In this document: one piece after another, positions 18,483 through 27,990 of the stretch
How the letters are laid out: each line of letters opens with the position of its first letter
Position numbering within the stretch: the stretch's first letter is position 1
Origin: an uncultured Thermoanaerobaculia bacterium
Lineage (GTDB): Bacteria; Acidobacteriota; Thermoanaerobaculia; Multivoradales; DATKCC01
NCBI GenBank assembly: GCA_964560325.1
Contig: CAZLLV010000561.1
Coordinates: 486-64,485 of the forward strand
Direction of reading: 5' to 3'
Length of the DNA: 64,000 nucleotides
The notes under the pieces: generated by a model
What the model saw: only the letters and a program-made list of their open reading frames with translations
Database searches by the model: none
Told to the model about the DNA's origin: nothing
Program-made: the position numbers and the translations under genes

Positions 18483-20084
18483 GTGCCATTCATGATGTGC
18501 ACGAACCCGCCCGGACGGACCGTCCGCCGAAAGCCTCTCCGCGATTTCCCCGTTCCCGTCGTATTCGTCCTCGTGGCGCTCCTGGCCGCGGCGCTTCCCG
18601 GCGTCACCGCCCACGCGCAGGAGATCGCGACCGCGCCTCTCGACCCGCAGGCCGACTACCCGGTCGGCGGGGTGCTCGCAGAGGTGCAAGGGGGCGGCTT
18701 CGTGGCCGCCTGGAGCCGGGGCATCCGATTGAGCTTCGGTGTCGACCAGGTGGCGCCGGGGGAGCCGGTGGCGGTCTGGATGTCCCCGGAGGGAGATCCG
18801 CTCTCGACCGTCCGGACCCTCCGCGAGGACGGCGAGCCGCTGACGACGCCCGTGGCGCTCGGCTCGGTGCGGGCCGGGGAGGCACTGGTGGTCCTCACCG
18901 GGGGAACCGCCGGCGATCCGCAGGTCGTCGCCCGGCGGGTCTCCCAGGACGGTTCTCTCGGGCCGGCGTGGACGATCGAGGCCTGCGCACAGGCCCAGAG
19001 CTTCGAGCTCGAGAGCAACGGACCGACCGGCTACTTCCTGCTCTGCGGCGGCCGGGTTCAGCGGCTCGCGAGCGACGGTCAGCCGGCGGGGGCCCCGATC
19101 GTTCTGGCGCCGCCGGAGCTCGGACCTGCCGACGCCCGGGGTGCGACGACGGCGGACGGGGATCTGTGGGTGGTCTGGGCGCAGGACAGCTTCGACGGCC
19201 GTGGTGCGTTCGTCCGCCGGCTCGGTCCGGGCGGCGCTGCCGAAACGCCGGTGAGCCTCGTCGCTCGCCTCGGAGCCGAGACCCTCGGCCCACCGCGGAT
19301 CGACGTGGCGGCGCTTCCCGAAGGCGGTGCCGCCGTCGTCTGGGCCGGCGCGCAGGGTCTGTTGCACTTCCGGCTCGTGAATCGGGAGGGGACGTTCGAC
19401 GTCGCCGAGACGCGCTTCCTCGGCCCGGTGGGGGACGGTCCGGCGAGCGCGCCGCGCGTGGTGGCGAGCCGGAACCAGGGGCTGCTGGCCTTCTCCTGGC
19501 GGGAGCCGGTCGGCGGCGGCTCGCACGCCGCCGCCGGGTACCTGCGCCTCGTGCCGGTCGCGACCAGTAGGCCGGGGAACGCGATCACGATCGATCACGG
19601 ATTCGCCGCCTCACTGCTGTTCGACCCCCGAGACCGCCTGGCGGTCCTGGCTCTCGAGCCCCGGCTCCTCGACTTCAACACCTACCTGAGCCCACGGTTC
19701 GGCCTCACCCCGCTCGCGACGCTGATGCCGCCGCCGGGCGACGGCGTGGTCTCGGACGCCTTCCCCGGCTTCCGCTTCTGGGTCCGGATCGGCGGCGACG
19801 AGCCCGATCCCCGGATCGGCACGCTCGAGCCCCTCTGCCAGCCGGAGACCGCCTGCTTCAGCGGCTCGTTGCCGGGGCGGAGCGAGGTCGAGGTGCGGAT
19901 CGTCGGTCCCAAGCCGAACGGCTACCTGTGGCCGAACGTGGTCCGCTTCACGACCTCCCAGGTGGAGGTCTGGATCGAGCAGATCGCGACCGGCGAGCGG
20001 CGCTACTACCTGCTGGACGGCGTGGACCCCGGATCGAACGAGCTCGACGGTCTGTTCGACCGCTTCGGCTTCCTGCCGCGGTAG
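18483..20084 (+). CDS. secreted beta-propeller-like protein carrying the conserved about-105-aa C-terminal module
   Basis: Signal peptide, then repeated VVWA / WVVWAQ blade-like segments. The C-terminus PGFRFWVRIGG...CQPETACFSGSLPGRSEVEVRIVGPKPNGYLWPNVVRFTTSQVEVWIEQ is shared with CDS 31218 and CDS 55637. Confidence 0.6.
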   Translation: MPFMMCTNPPGRTVRRKPLRDFPVPVVFVLVALLAAALPGVTAHAQEIATAPLDPQADYPVGGVLAEVQGGGFVAAWSRGIRLSFGVDQVAPGEPVAVWMSPEGDPLSTVRTLREDGEPLTTPVALGSVRAGEALVVLTGGTAGDPQVVARRVSQDGSLGPAWTIEACAQAQSFELESNGPTGYFLLCGGRVQRLASDGQPAGAPIVLAPPELGPADARGATTADGDLWVVWAQDSFDGRGAFVRRLGPGGAAETPVSLVARLGAETLGPPRIDVAALPEGGAAVVWAGAQGLLHFRLVNREGTFDVAETRFLGPVGDGPASAPRVVASRNQGLLAFSWREPVGGGSHAAAGYLRLVPVATSRPGNAITIDHGFAASLLFDPRDRLAVLALEPRLLDFNTYLSPRFGLTPLATLMPPPGDGVVSDAFPGFRFWVRIGGDEPDPRIGTLEPLCQPETACFSGSLPGRSEVEVRIVGPKPNGYLWPNVVRFTTSQVEVWIEQIATGERRYYLLDGVDPGSNELDGLFDRFGFLPR

Positions 20085-20093
20085 TCGCCACCG

Positions 20094-20903
20094 CTATCCC
20101 GCGGGCGAGCGTGCCTCCAGCCAGGACTGCCAGATCGCGCCCTCCCGCTCGGCGACGGCGGGGGCGTCGTCGCCGAAAAGGTAGGCCGAAGCGGTCGTGT
20201 AGACGCCTTCACCCCAGGCGAAGGTACCGACGAGGGCGTAGCCGAGAGCGGGCCGGTCGAGCCGGATCAGGATCTCGTGGTGGTTCGGCTCGGCGCCCAG
20301 GTGCTCGACGGCGCCGACGAGCGCCGGCGCGCCGCCCGTCGTGGCGACCGAGTCGCCGGCCGCGACTCCCTCCAGACCGAGCGCGGCCACGAGGTCGCTC
20401 CAGGCGCGGCTCTCCGGTGCTTCGCCGCGGCCGGTGGCCCGGAAGGAGGAGCAGCGCCGGCCGGCGAAGTGGGCGAGGTAGAGCCGGAGGAGCCGGAAGA
20501 ACGGCGGCCAGCCGCGCTCGAAGCTCTCGAGCTGATCGTCCCAGTCGTCGCCCTCGGCGAACAGGCTGTGGACCATGCGCACGACGCAGGTTCCGCCGCC
20601 GCGCGCCTCGACCACGATCTCGGTCGCGACCGGCGGCGCTCCCGGCATCCAGTCGCGCTCCTCGTAGGCGAACCGGCGCGGCGGCTCCCAACCGGTGACC
20701 ACGCCCTTCGACGTGCCCATCTCGGGGCCCAGGTCGAACGTCACCTCTCCGCCCTCGCGCTCGTCGATCTCGGTGGGCACGAACCACGCGCTGGTCCCCG
20801 GCCCGGTCGCGACCGCCTGCCAGACCTGTTCGGGAGTGCCGGGGACCTCCACCTCCATGGTGACCTTCCGCGTTCCGGCGGCTTCGTCCTTCTCGACGCT
20901 CAT
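20094..20903 (-). CDS. SRPBCC superfamily protein (AHSA1 / activator of Hsp90 ATPase-like)
   Basis: Real start is MSVEKDEAAG at 20903, with AAGGAG seven nucleotides upstream. Contains an SRPBCC-type beta-grip domain. Confidence 0.65.
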   Translation of the reverse strand: MSVEKDEAAGTRKVTMEVEVPGTPEQVWQAVATGPGTSAWFVPTEIDEREGGEVTFDLGPEMGTSKGVVTGWEPPRRFAYEERDWMPGAPPVATEIVVEARGGGTCVVRMVHSLFAEGDDWDDQLESFERGWPPFFRLLRLYLAHFAGRRCSSFRATGRGEAPESRAWSDLVAALGLEGVAAGDSVATTGGAPALVGAVEHLGAEPNHHEILIRLDRPALGYALVGTFAWGEGVYTTASAYLFGDDAPAVAEREGAIWQSWLEARSPAG

Positions 20904-20970
20904 GAGGGCTCCTTCGACGTTCGGTTTCGGGGGTGTCGATGATCTCGGCGACGCGCAGAGGATCGTGCCA

Positions 20971-20990
20971 TTGACAAGGTATGTTGTCAA
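20971..20990. promoter_or_regulatory. AT-rich perfect palindrome TTGACAA-N6-TTGTCAA in a divergent intergenic region
   Basis: Sequence ttgacaaggtatgttgtcaa, between the SRPBCC gene (minus strand) and the ADOP gene (plus strand). It is conspicuous against the 72% GC background and contains an ATGT core. Confidence 0.4.
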
Positions 20991-21051
20991 TGCTTCTGCG
21001 CCGGTCGCGGCCGGTTGTAACCTCGCCCGTCCGACCGCCGTAGTACGAGCC

Positions 21052-23511
21052 ATGGACCTCGCCAGGAATCTCCGCTACGTGCTCCGCGGCCTGCGCCGCA
21101 CCCCTTCGTTCACCGCCACCGCCGTAGTCACGTTGGCCGTCGGGATCGGTGCCGCGGCGGCGGTCTTCAGCGTCGTCCACGGTGTGCTGCTCCAGCCTCT
21201 GTCGTTCGACGAGCCGGACCGGCTGGTGGGGCTCTGGCACGAGGCGCCGGGGCTCGAGTTCGACCTGCTCAACCAGTCACCCGCGCTCCACTTCACCTAT
21301 CTGGAGGAGAACCGGAGCTTCGACGGCGTCGGGATGTGGGACAACGATCGGGTGACGGTGACCGGGACCGCCGAGCCGGAAGTGGTGCCGGCGATGCGGG
21401 TGACCGACGGCACGCTGCCGCTCCTGGGGGTGCAGCCGGTGCTGGGGCGGCTCTTCACCGCCGAGGACGACTCGCCCGGCACCGGCCGGACGGTGATCCT
21501 GTCGAACGCCTTCTGGCGCGCCCGCTTCGGTGGAGACCGGGACGTCGTCGGCCGCAGCCTGACGGTCGACGGCGAGCCGCACGACGTGATCGGCGTCCTG
21601 CCTGCCGGCTTGCAGTTCCTCGACCACGACCCCGACCTCTACCTGCCGTTCCGCTTCGACCGGGCCGAGGTCTTCTTCGGGAACTTCAGCTTTCAGGGGG
21701 TGGCGCGGCTCCGCGACGGGGTCACGATCGAGCAGGCGGACGCCGACGTGGCGCGCATGATCCCGCTCTCGCTGGAGCACTTTCCCCTGCCCGGCGGCTT
21801 CACCCGGGAGATGTTCGAGTCGGCCCGCATCGGCCCGAACCTTCGGCCGCTCGAGAAAGACGTGATCGGCGACGTCGGGCGCGTGCTCTGGGTGCTCTTC
21901 GGGACCGTCGGCATCGTGCTGATCGTCGCCTGCGCCAACGTCGCGAACCTGCTCCTGGTCCGCGCCGAGGGGCGCTACCAGCAGATCGCGGTCCGCTCCG
22001 CGCTGGGCGCCGACCGGAAGCGCCTCGCCTCCGAGATGCTGCTCGAAAGCCTGGTGCTCGGCATCGCGGGCGGTGCCGGCGGGCTGCTGCTCGCCGCCGG
22101 CGGCCTGCACCTCCTGCGCACGCTCGAGCCGGAGGGCCTGCCGCGGCTCGACGAGATCTCCCTCGACCCGGTCGTCCTGCTGTTCACGCTGGCGATCTCG
22201 GTGGTGGCGCCGATGCTCTTCGGTCTGCTGCCCGTGGCGCGGTTGAAGGTGGCGGACCTGATCACGGGCTTGAAGGAGGAGTCGCGGGGCGGAACGGTCG
22301 GCACCCGGGGCCGGCAGGCCCGGGACGTCCTGGTCGCGGCCCAGGTCGCCCTGGCGCTCGTCCTGATGGTCGGCTCCGGGCTCATGGTGCGGAGCTTTCT
22401 CGCCCTGCGGAGCGTCGAGCCCGGATTCACCGACCCCGCCCACGTGCAGACGCTGCGCGCGCCGGTGCCGACCGCCGAGGTCGAGGACCCGGCCGAGGTC
22501 GCCCGGCTCCACGAGCGCATCCTGGCCGAGCTCGCCCGCCTGCCCGGGGTCGAGTCGGCGAGCCTCGCCTCGTCGGCCACCATGGACGGCTGGGACTCGA
22601 ACGATCCGGTCTTCGTCGAAGACTTCCCGCAGGCGGATGACACGCTGCCGCCGATCCGCCGCTTCAAGTGGATCGCGCCCGGCTACTTCCGGACCATGGG
22701 CAACCCGATCCTGGCCGGTCGCGATCTGACCTGGGACGACGTGCGCGAGCGCCGCGAGGTGGCGCTCGTCACCCGCGACCTCGCCGCCGAGTACTGGGGC
22801 GATCCGGAGGCGGCGGTCGGCCGGCGCATCCGCAACCAGCCGGGGACGGCCTGGAAGGAGATCGTCGGCGTGGTCGGTCAGATCCACGACGACGGGGTCG
22901 ACCAGGCGGCGACGCCGACGGTCTACTGGCCGCTCGCCCAGGAGGACTTCTGGGAGGAGGGGGTGTTCGTGCCGCGCTCGGTCGCCTACGTGCTGCGCAC
23001 CTCGAGGGCCGGTACCACCAGCCTGCTCGACGAGGCGCGGGCGGCGGTCTGGTCGGTCAACCCGCGGCTGCCGCTGTCGGAGGTGTGGACCCTGGACGAG
23101 ATCCTCGGCCGCTCGATGGCCCGCACCTCGTTCACCCTCGTGATGCTTGCGATCGCCGCGATGACGGCACTGCTCCTGGGCGGCGTCGGGATCTACGGCG
23201 TGACCTCGTACGTGGTGGCGCAGCGCAGCCGCGAGATCGGCGTGCGCATGGCACTCGGCGCGCAGCGGGGCGACGTCTCGCGGCTGGTGCTCGGGCACGG
23301 GCTGCGGCTGGCGGTGGTGGGCACCGGGATCGGCCTGGTGGCGGCCTTCCTGCTCACCCGGCTGATGGCGGCGCTCCTGTTCGGCGTCGAGGCGCTCGAT
23401 CCCGCGACCTACGGCGCGGCGGGCGTCGGCGCGGCCGTCCTGGCGCTCACCGCCAGCTGGTTACCGGCCCGGCGCGCGGCCCGGGTCGATCCGATCGAGA
23501 CCCTCCACTGA
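21052..23511 (+). CDS. ADOP-family (acidobacterial duplicated orphan permease) MacB/FtsX-like ABC transporter permease
   Basis: N-terminus MDLARNLRYVLRGLRRTPSFTATAVVTLAVGIGAAAAVFSVV is the ADOP signature. Duplicated FtsX permease halves each follow a large periplasmic domain. Confidence 0.85.
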   Translation: MDLARNLRYVLRGLRRTPSFTATAVVTLAVGIGAAAAVFSVVHGVLLQPLSFDEPDRLVGLWHEAPGLEFDLLNQSPALHFTYLEENRSFDGVGMWDNDRVTVTGTAEPEVVPAMRVTDGTLPLLGVQPVLGRLFTAEDDSPGTGRTVILSNAFWRARFGGDRDVVGRSLTVDGEPHDVIGVLPAGLQFLDHDPDLYLPFRFDRAEVFFGNFSFQGVARLRDGVTIEQADADVARMIPLSLEHFPLPGGFTREMFESARIGPNLRPLEKDVIGDVGRVLWVLFGTVGIVLIVACANVANLLLVRAEGRYQQIAVRSALGADRKRLASEMLLESLVLGIAGGAGGLLLAAGGLHLLRTLEPEGLPRLDEISLDPVVLLFTLAISVVAPMLFGLLPVARLKVADLITGLKEESRGGTVGTRGRQARDVLVAAQVALALVLMVGSGLMVRSFLALRSVEPGFTDPAHVQTLRAPVPTAEVEDPAEVARLHERILAELARLPGVESASLASSATMDGWDSNDPVFVEDFPQADDTLPPIRRFKWIAPGYFRTMGNPILAGRDLTWDDVRERREVALVTRDLAAEYWGDPEAAVGRRIRNQPGTAWKEIVGVVGQIHDDGVDQAATPTVYWPLAQEDFWEEGVFVPRSVAYVLRTSRAGTTSLLDEARAAVWSVNPRLPLSEVWTLDEILGRSMARTSFTLVMLAIAAMTALLLGGVGIYGVTSYVVAQRSREIGVRMALGAQRGDVSRLVLGHGLRLAVVGTGIGLVAAFLLTRLMAALLFGVEALDPATYGAAGVGAAVLALTASWLPARRAARVDPIETLH

Positions 23512-23605
23512 CGGCGGCCCGTCCCATTTCCGGCGTCCATTCGCACCAGCGCATCGAGTCGACCCCTTCTCTTCGCACCGGAGCAGTCGACCTGAGGTCG
23601 CTACC

Positions 23606-24850
23606 ATGACGCCATCGCCGTCCGCGGGTTCTCGCGGGGTCGAGCCCCGAGAGCCCCCGGTCCGCCTCGCCGGCCCCATGGCGTCGGTGGAGCAGTCGAC
23701 CTTGCGGGAGATCCTGGAGGCGGCGATGGCGCCGGGGATCCTCTCCTTCGCCGTCGGCATGCCCGGCACCGACCTCTTCCCGTCCGAGGACATGGCCTGG
23801 GCGTCCGCCGAGGTCCTGCGCCGCGACGTCCGCGCCCTCCAGTACGGCGTGCCCTGCCCGGCGCTCGCGAAGCACGTCGTCGAGCTGATGCGTCTCCGCG
23901 GGGTCGAGACCCGGGAGGAGCGGATCTTCCTCACCGCCGGCTCGCAGCAAGCGATGGACCTTCTGACCCGTTTGCTCCTGGAGCCCGGCGGCTCGGTGGT
24001 GGTCGAGGACACGATCTACGACGGCATTCAGATGGTGATCCGGCCGCTCGCGCCCCGGGTCCTGACGGTGCCCACCCGGCCCGAGAGCGGGATTGACCTC
24101 GACGCCCTCGAAACCCTGCTCGCCGACGGCGCCCGCCCGGCCTTCCTGTACGTCATCCCCGAGGGCCACAACCCGATGGGGGTGAGCCTGGCCCACGATC
24201 GCCGGGTGCGGCTGCTGGAGATCTGCCGCCGCTACGAGCTGCCGGTCCTGGAGGACGACGCCTACGGCCTGCTGCGCCTCGACGGCGAGGCGCAGCCGCC
24301 TTTGCGTGCCCTGGACGGCGAGCGGGTCTTCTACCTCGGCTCGTTCTCGAAGATCCTGGCGCCGGCGCTCCGGGTCGGCTGGATCGTGCTGCCCGACGAG
24401 CAGCCGTTCCCACTCTCGGCCCTCAAGCACGGCACCGACCTGGACACCGCCACCTTCGCCCAGCGCGCGCTGTCCGCCTACCTGGATTCGGGGCGCCTAC
24501 CGGTCCACCTGGAGGGTGTCAGGGCCGAGTACCGCCGCCGCCGAGACGCCATGCTCGGCGCCCTGGAGCGCCACATGCCGGACGGTGTCTCCTGGCAACG
24601 GCCGTCGGCGGGGATCTTCGTCTGGCTCGAGCTGCCCACGGGGAGCGACGCCACCGAGCTCCTGCGGGAGGCGATCCACGACGCAAAGGTCGCCTTCTGC
24701 CCCGGCCGCGTCTTCGCCCCACGCGGCGGCCACCACCTCGACCCATGCTTGCGCCTCTCCTTCGCCGACGCCACTCCGGAGCAGATCGAGGACGGCATCG
24801 AGCGCCTGGCGCGGATGATGCGCTCGTCACGCCGGGTGGCTACCGTCTGA
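23606..24850 (+). CDS. PLP-dependent aminotransferase class I/II (MocR-like aminotransferase domain, no HTH)
   Basis: Fold-type I aminotransferase with the SFSKILAPALRVGW lysine motif. Confidence 0.8.
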   Translation: MTPSPSAGSRGVEPREPPVRLAGPMASVEQSTLREILEAAMAPGILSFAVGMPGTDLFPSEDMAWASAEVLRRDVRALQYGVPCPALAKHVVELMRLRGVETREERIFLTAGSQQAMDLLTRLLLEPGGSVVVEDTIYDGIQMVIRPLAPRVLTVPTRPESGIDLDALETLLADGARPAFLYVIPEGHNPMGVSLAHDRRVRLLEICRRYELPVLEDDAYGLLRLDGEAQPPLRALDGERVFYLGSFSKILAPALRVGWIVLPDEQPFPLSALKHGTDLDTATFAQRALSAYLDSGRLPVHLEGVRAEYRRRRDAMLGALERHMPDGVSWQRPSAGIFVWLELPTGSDATELLREAIHDAKVAFCPGRVFAPRGGHHLDPCLRLSFADATPEQIEDGIERLARMMRSSRRVATV

Positions 24851-24857
24851 GGCGAGC

Positions 24858-24945
24858 CGGGCCCGACGTTTCGCGGCTGGTGCTCGGGCACGGGCTGCGG
24901 CTGGCGGTAGTGGGGGCGGGCGGCCCAGCGATCCGATCGAGCCTC
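24858..24945 (+). pseudogene. decayed fragment of an ADOP permease 3' end
   Basis: Nucleotides 24865-24914 are about 96% identical to ADOP 23272-23321 (encoding DVSRLVLGHGLRLAVVG). Nucleotides 24921-24944 match the ADOP terminal cgatccgatcgag. The intervening roughly 150 nt of ADOP is missing. Confidence 0.5.
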
Positions 24946-24969
24946 GCCGATTTCGGGTACGCTCGTGGA

Positions 24970-26073
24970 ATGAACCCGATCCGTCTCCTGCTCCTGTCCG
25001 GTCTGCTCGCCGTGTCGACCACGTCGTCCTCGCCTCCGGGTGAGGCGATCTGGACCCACGACACCGGTGGCTGAGTCTTCGTCAACCCCGCGGTCGCGGG
25101 GAATCGGCTCTACCTCGGCTCGTGCGCGGGAACGTTCCTCGCTATCGACACCGAGGGCGGAGAGGTCGTCTGGTCGCACGACAACCGGCCGGACGGCCGC
25201 CAGCCGGGGCAGTACCACGGTGCGTACCTGGTCACGGAGCGCTCGGTGCTCGCGGGATCGGACGCCTGGAGCACCGGTCACCTCTACGCATTCGATCGCG
25301 CGAGCGGAGAGGTGCGCTGGAAGGTCGGGTTTCCGAAGGGAGTCGCGGCGGACCTGGCGCGTCACGGCGAGACCGTTCTGATGGTTTCGGAGGTCGGGGA
25401 CGTGGCCGCCGTCGGGATCGACGACGGGACCTTCCGGTGGCGCGTCGAGCCGGATCGGTCGAGGCCGGTAGGCCGGCCCCTCGACGCGGTGCTCGACGAG
25501 GACCGGTGGATCGTGGCCTGGAAGTCGGGCGTCGTCGATGCCTACGCCGCGGCTGACGGCCGGCTCCTCTGGCGGCGGGACCTCGGAGCGAGCCTGGGCG
25601 CCGCGCCGGTCGCGGTCGGCGGCGAAGTCTTCGTGGGAGCGTACGGGGGACGGCTCTTTCGCCTGAGGGCGAGCGATGGCGAGATGGTGGGGGAGCTCCG
25701 GGTCGGCGGCGCTCTCTATGGCGAGATCGTGGCGGCGCCGGGCTGTCTTCTCGTCCTCTCGGCGCGGGGCGGCGCCGATCCCGAGACGGGGCCACTCGGT
25801 CCGCACGCCATGGTCTGCGTCGATCCGGAGCTCCAAGGGGTGCAGTGGAGCTACGAGACCGCCGGACTGTGGACGACCTTCCAGCCGATCGTGGTCGACG
25901 GCGTGGTGGTGGCCGGAACCGAGGGTCGCCTCCTCGCGCTCGACCTCGAGCGTGGCGATGTTTCGTGGCAGCGCGCGGTCGCCGGATCGCCCCGCGGCCT
26001 CCTTGCGGTCGGCGGCCGGCTCTTCCTGGGCACGAAGGAAGGGTCGATCTCCGCCCTGCCCTGGCGGCGGTGA
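24970..26073 (+). pseudogene. PQQ-repeat (BamB-like) beta-propeller protein interrupted by an in-frame TGA at 25072-25074
   Basis: Signal peptide MNPIRLLLLSGLLAVSTTSS and the first repeat WTHDTGG are followed by TGA. The same frame then continues VFVNPAVAGNRLYLGS... through PQQ blades to 26073. No start codon lies between the TGA and ATG 25246. Confidence 0.55.
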
Positions 26074-26097
26074 TCTTCCGGCCGGGTCAGGGCGAAA

Positions 26098-26125
26098 GGC
26101 GGGAGGCGGATCGACGCCTCCCGCC
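26098..26125. terminator. GC-rich hairpin between convergent genes
   Basis: Stem ggcgggaggc, loop ggatcgac, stem gcctcccgcc. On the minus strand it is followed by TTTCGCCC, downstream of the Cys-rich gene. Confidence 0.4.
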
Positions 26126-26135
26126 CCCCTTCGAG

Positions 26136-26582
26136 TCACTCGGCCTCGGCGGTCTCCGTGGCCCCGGCCTCCTCGGACGGCGTCTCCACGCTCTCCGGCC
26201 GGTCGCCGCTCGGTGAGCAAGAGCCGGCGGTGGCACCGCCGCCGCACGAATCGGTGGGGGTCGCGGCCCAGTACGCCGGATCGTCCGCCGACGGCACCAC
26301 CTCGGCGCTGAAGCCACCGCCACAGCCCCAGGCCGGGGAGCAGTAGTAGCACTGACAGCAGCAGCACTTGGCGCAGCGGATCTGGTCCCGTCGGCACTGC
26401 CGCGCACAGTCATCGTACGCGGGGTCGGTCTCCGGCGGGCAGGAGGACAGGCAGTCGGCGTAGTCGAGGTAGCAGAAGCAGTCGTCGCCGCTGCACTGGG
26501 CCGCGGCGGGAGGTGGCCCGGCGAGCATCGCCAGAGCCCCGACGACCATCACGGAGAACACCAACGACGTCTTGGAAAGCAT
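26136..26582 (-). CDS. small secreted cysteine-rich protein (17 Cys, includes a CCCC run)
   Basis: Real start is MLSKTSLVFSVMVVGALAMLAGPPPAAAQ (signal peptide) at 26582, with AAAGGAGAGGAG upstream. The mature region reads CSGDDCFCYLDYADCLSSCPP...CAKCCCCQCYYCSPAWGCGGG. The tail is acidic. Confidence 0.55.
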   Translation of the reverse strand: MLSKTSLVFSVMVVGALAMLAGPPPAAAQCSGDDCFCYLDYADCLSSCPPETDPAYDDCARQCRRDQIRCAKCCCCQCYYCSPAWGCGGGFSAEVVPSADDPAYWAATPTDSCGGGATAGSCSPSGDRPESVETPSEEAGATETAEAE

Positions 26583-26860
26583 GCGCTCCTCTCCTTTCGT
26601 CAGATCCTGACGGCGGCCGCCTCGAGCGGCCGGCGATCGCGGGAGAGAAGTCCGCCGCGCTCTCGGCACGACTCGAGCGAATCATCGATCTTCACGACCT
26701 CCGCCCTGATCGAGTGATTCACTGTGGCCGGACATACCATTTGACGGCCCCGACCGCGGAGCAACCAGTTGTCACTTCACCGTGCGTTCCGCCGGCCGCC
26801 GCATTCGCCCGCCGTCTGCGGTAAGGTCCGGCGCGCACCGAAAGGGAGGAGCACGACGCG

Positions 26861-27712
<852 letters not shown>

Positions 27713-27990
27713 CGCGGTTGTGGTGAGCCGGGGGTTCTGAGAGACTAGGAAACGCAGAGGAGACGAGCATCGAGCTCATCGGCGGCAAAGTTTTCTGTCA
27801 GGCGTGTGGCGCGCCCAACCCGGACGAGCAGGAGTACTGCGCCCGCTGCCACCAGAAGCTGCTCGTCCTCTCCGGCGCGCTCGGCGGCGAGGAGCCGGAG
27901 GAGGAGAACCTCGAGGAGCAGTTCTCGTTCGACGAGCACCTGCTCGAGCGGATCTCGATCCTGGAGGAGGCGGTCAAGCGCACTGCCGAG

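Noticed and set aside
19758-20084. Assignment of the shared C-terminal module to the T9SS CTD (Por secretion tail) or PEP-CTERM/LPXTG classes
   Set aside because: There is no terminal TM helix or sortase/exosortase motif. The conserved Cys-x5-Cys plus VGPKPNGYLWP core does not match the T9SS CTD pattern I know. It is therefore left as uncharacterised.
25072-25074. Selenocysteine recoding of the in-frame TGA in the PQQ gene
   Set aside because: No SECIS-like hairpin is apparent downstream, and PQQ propeller proteins are not known selenoproteins. Nonsense mutation or sequencing error is more parsimonious, though read-through cannot be excluded from sequence alone.
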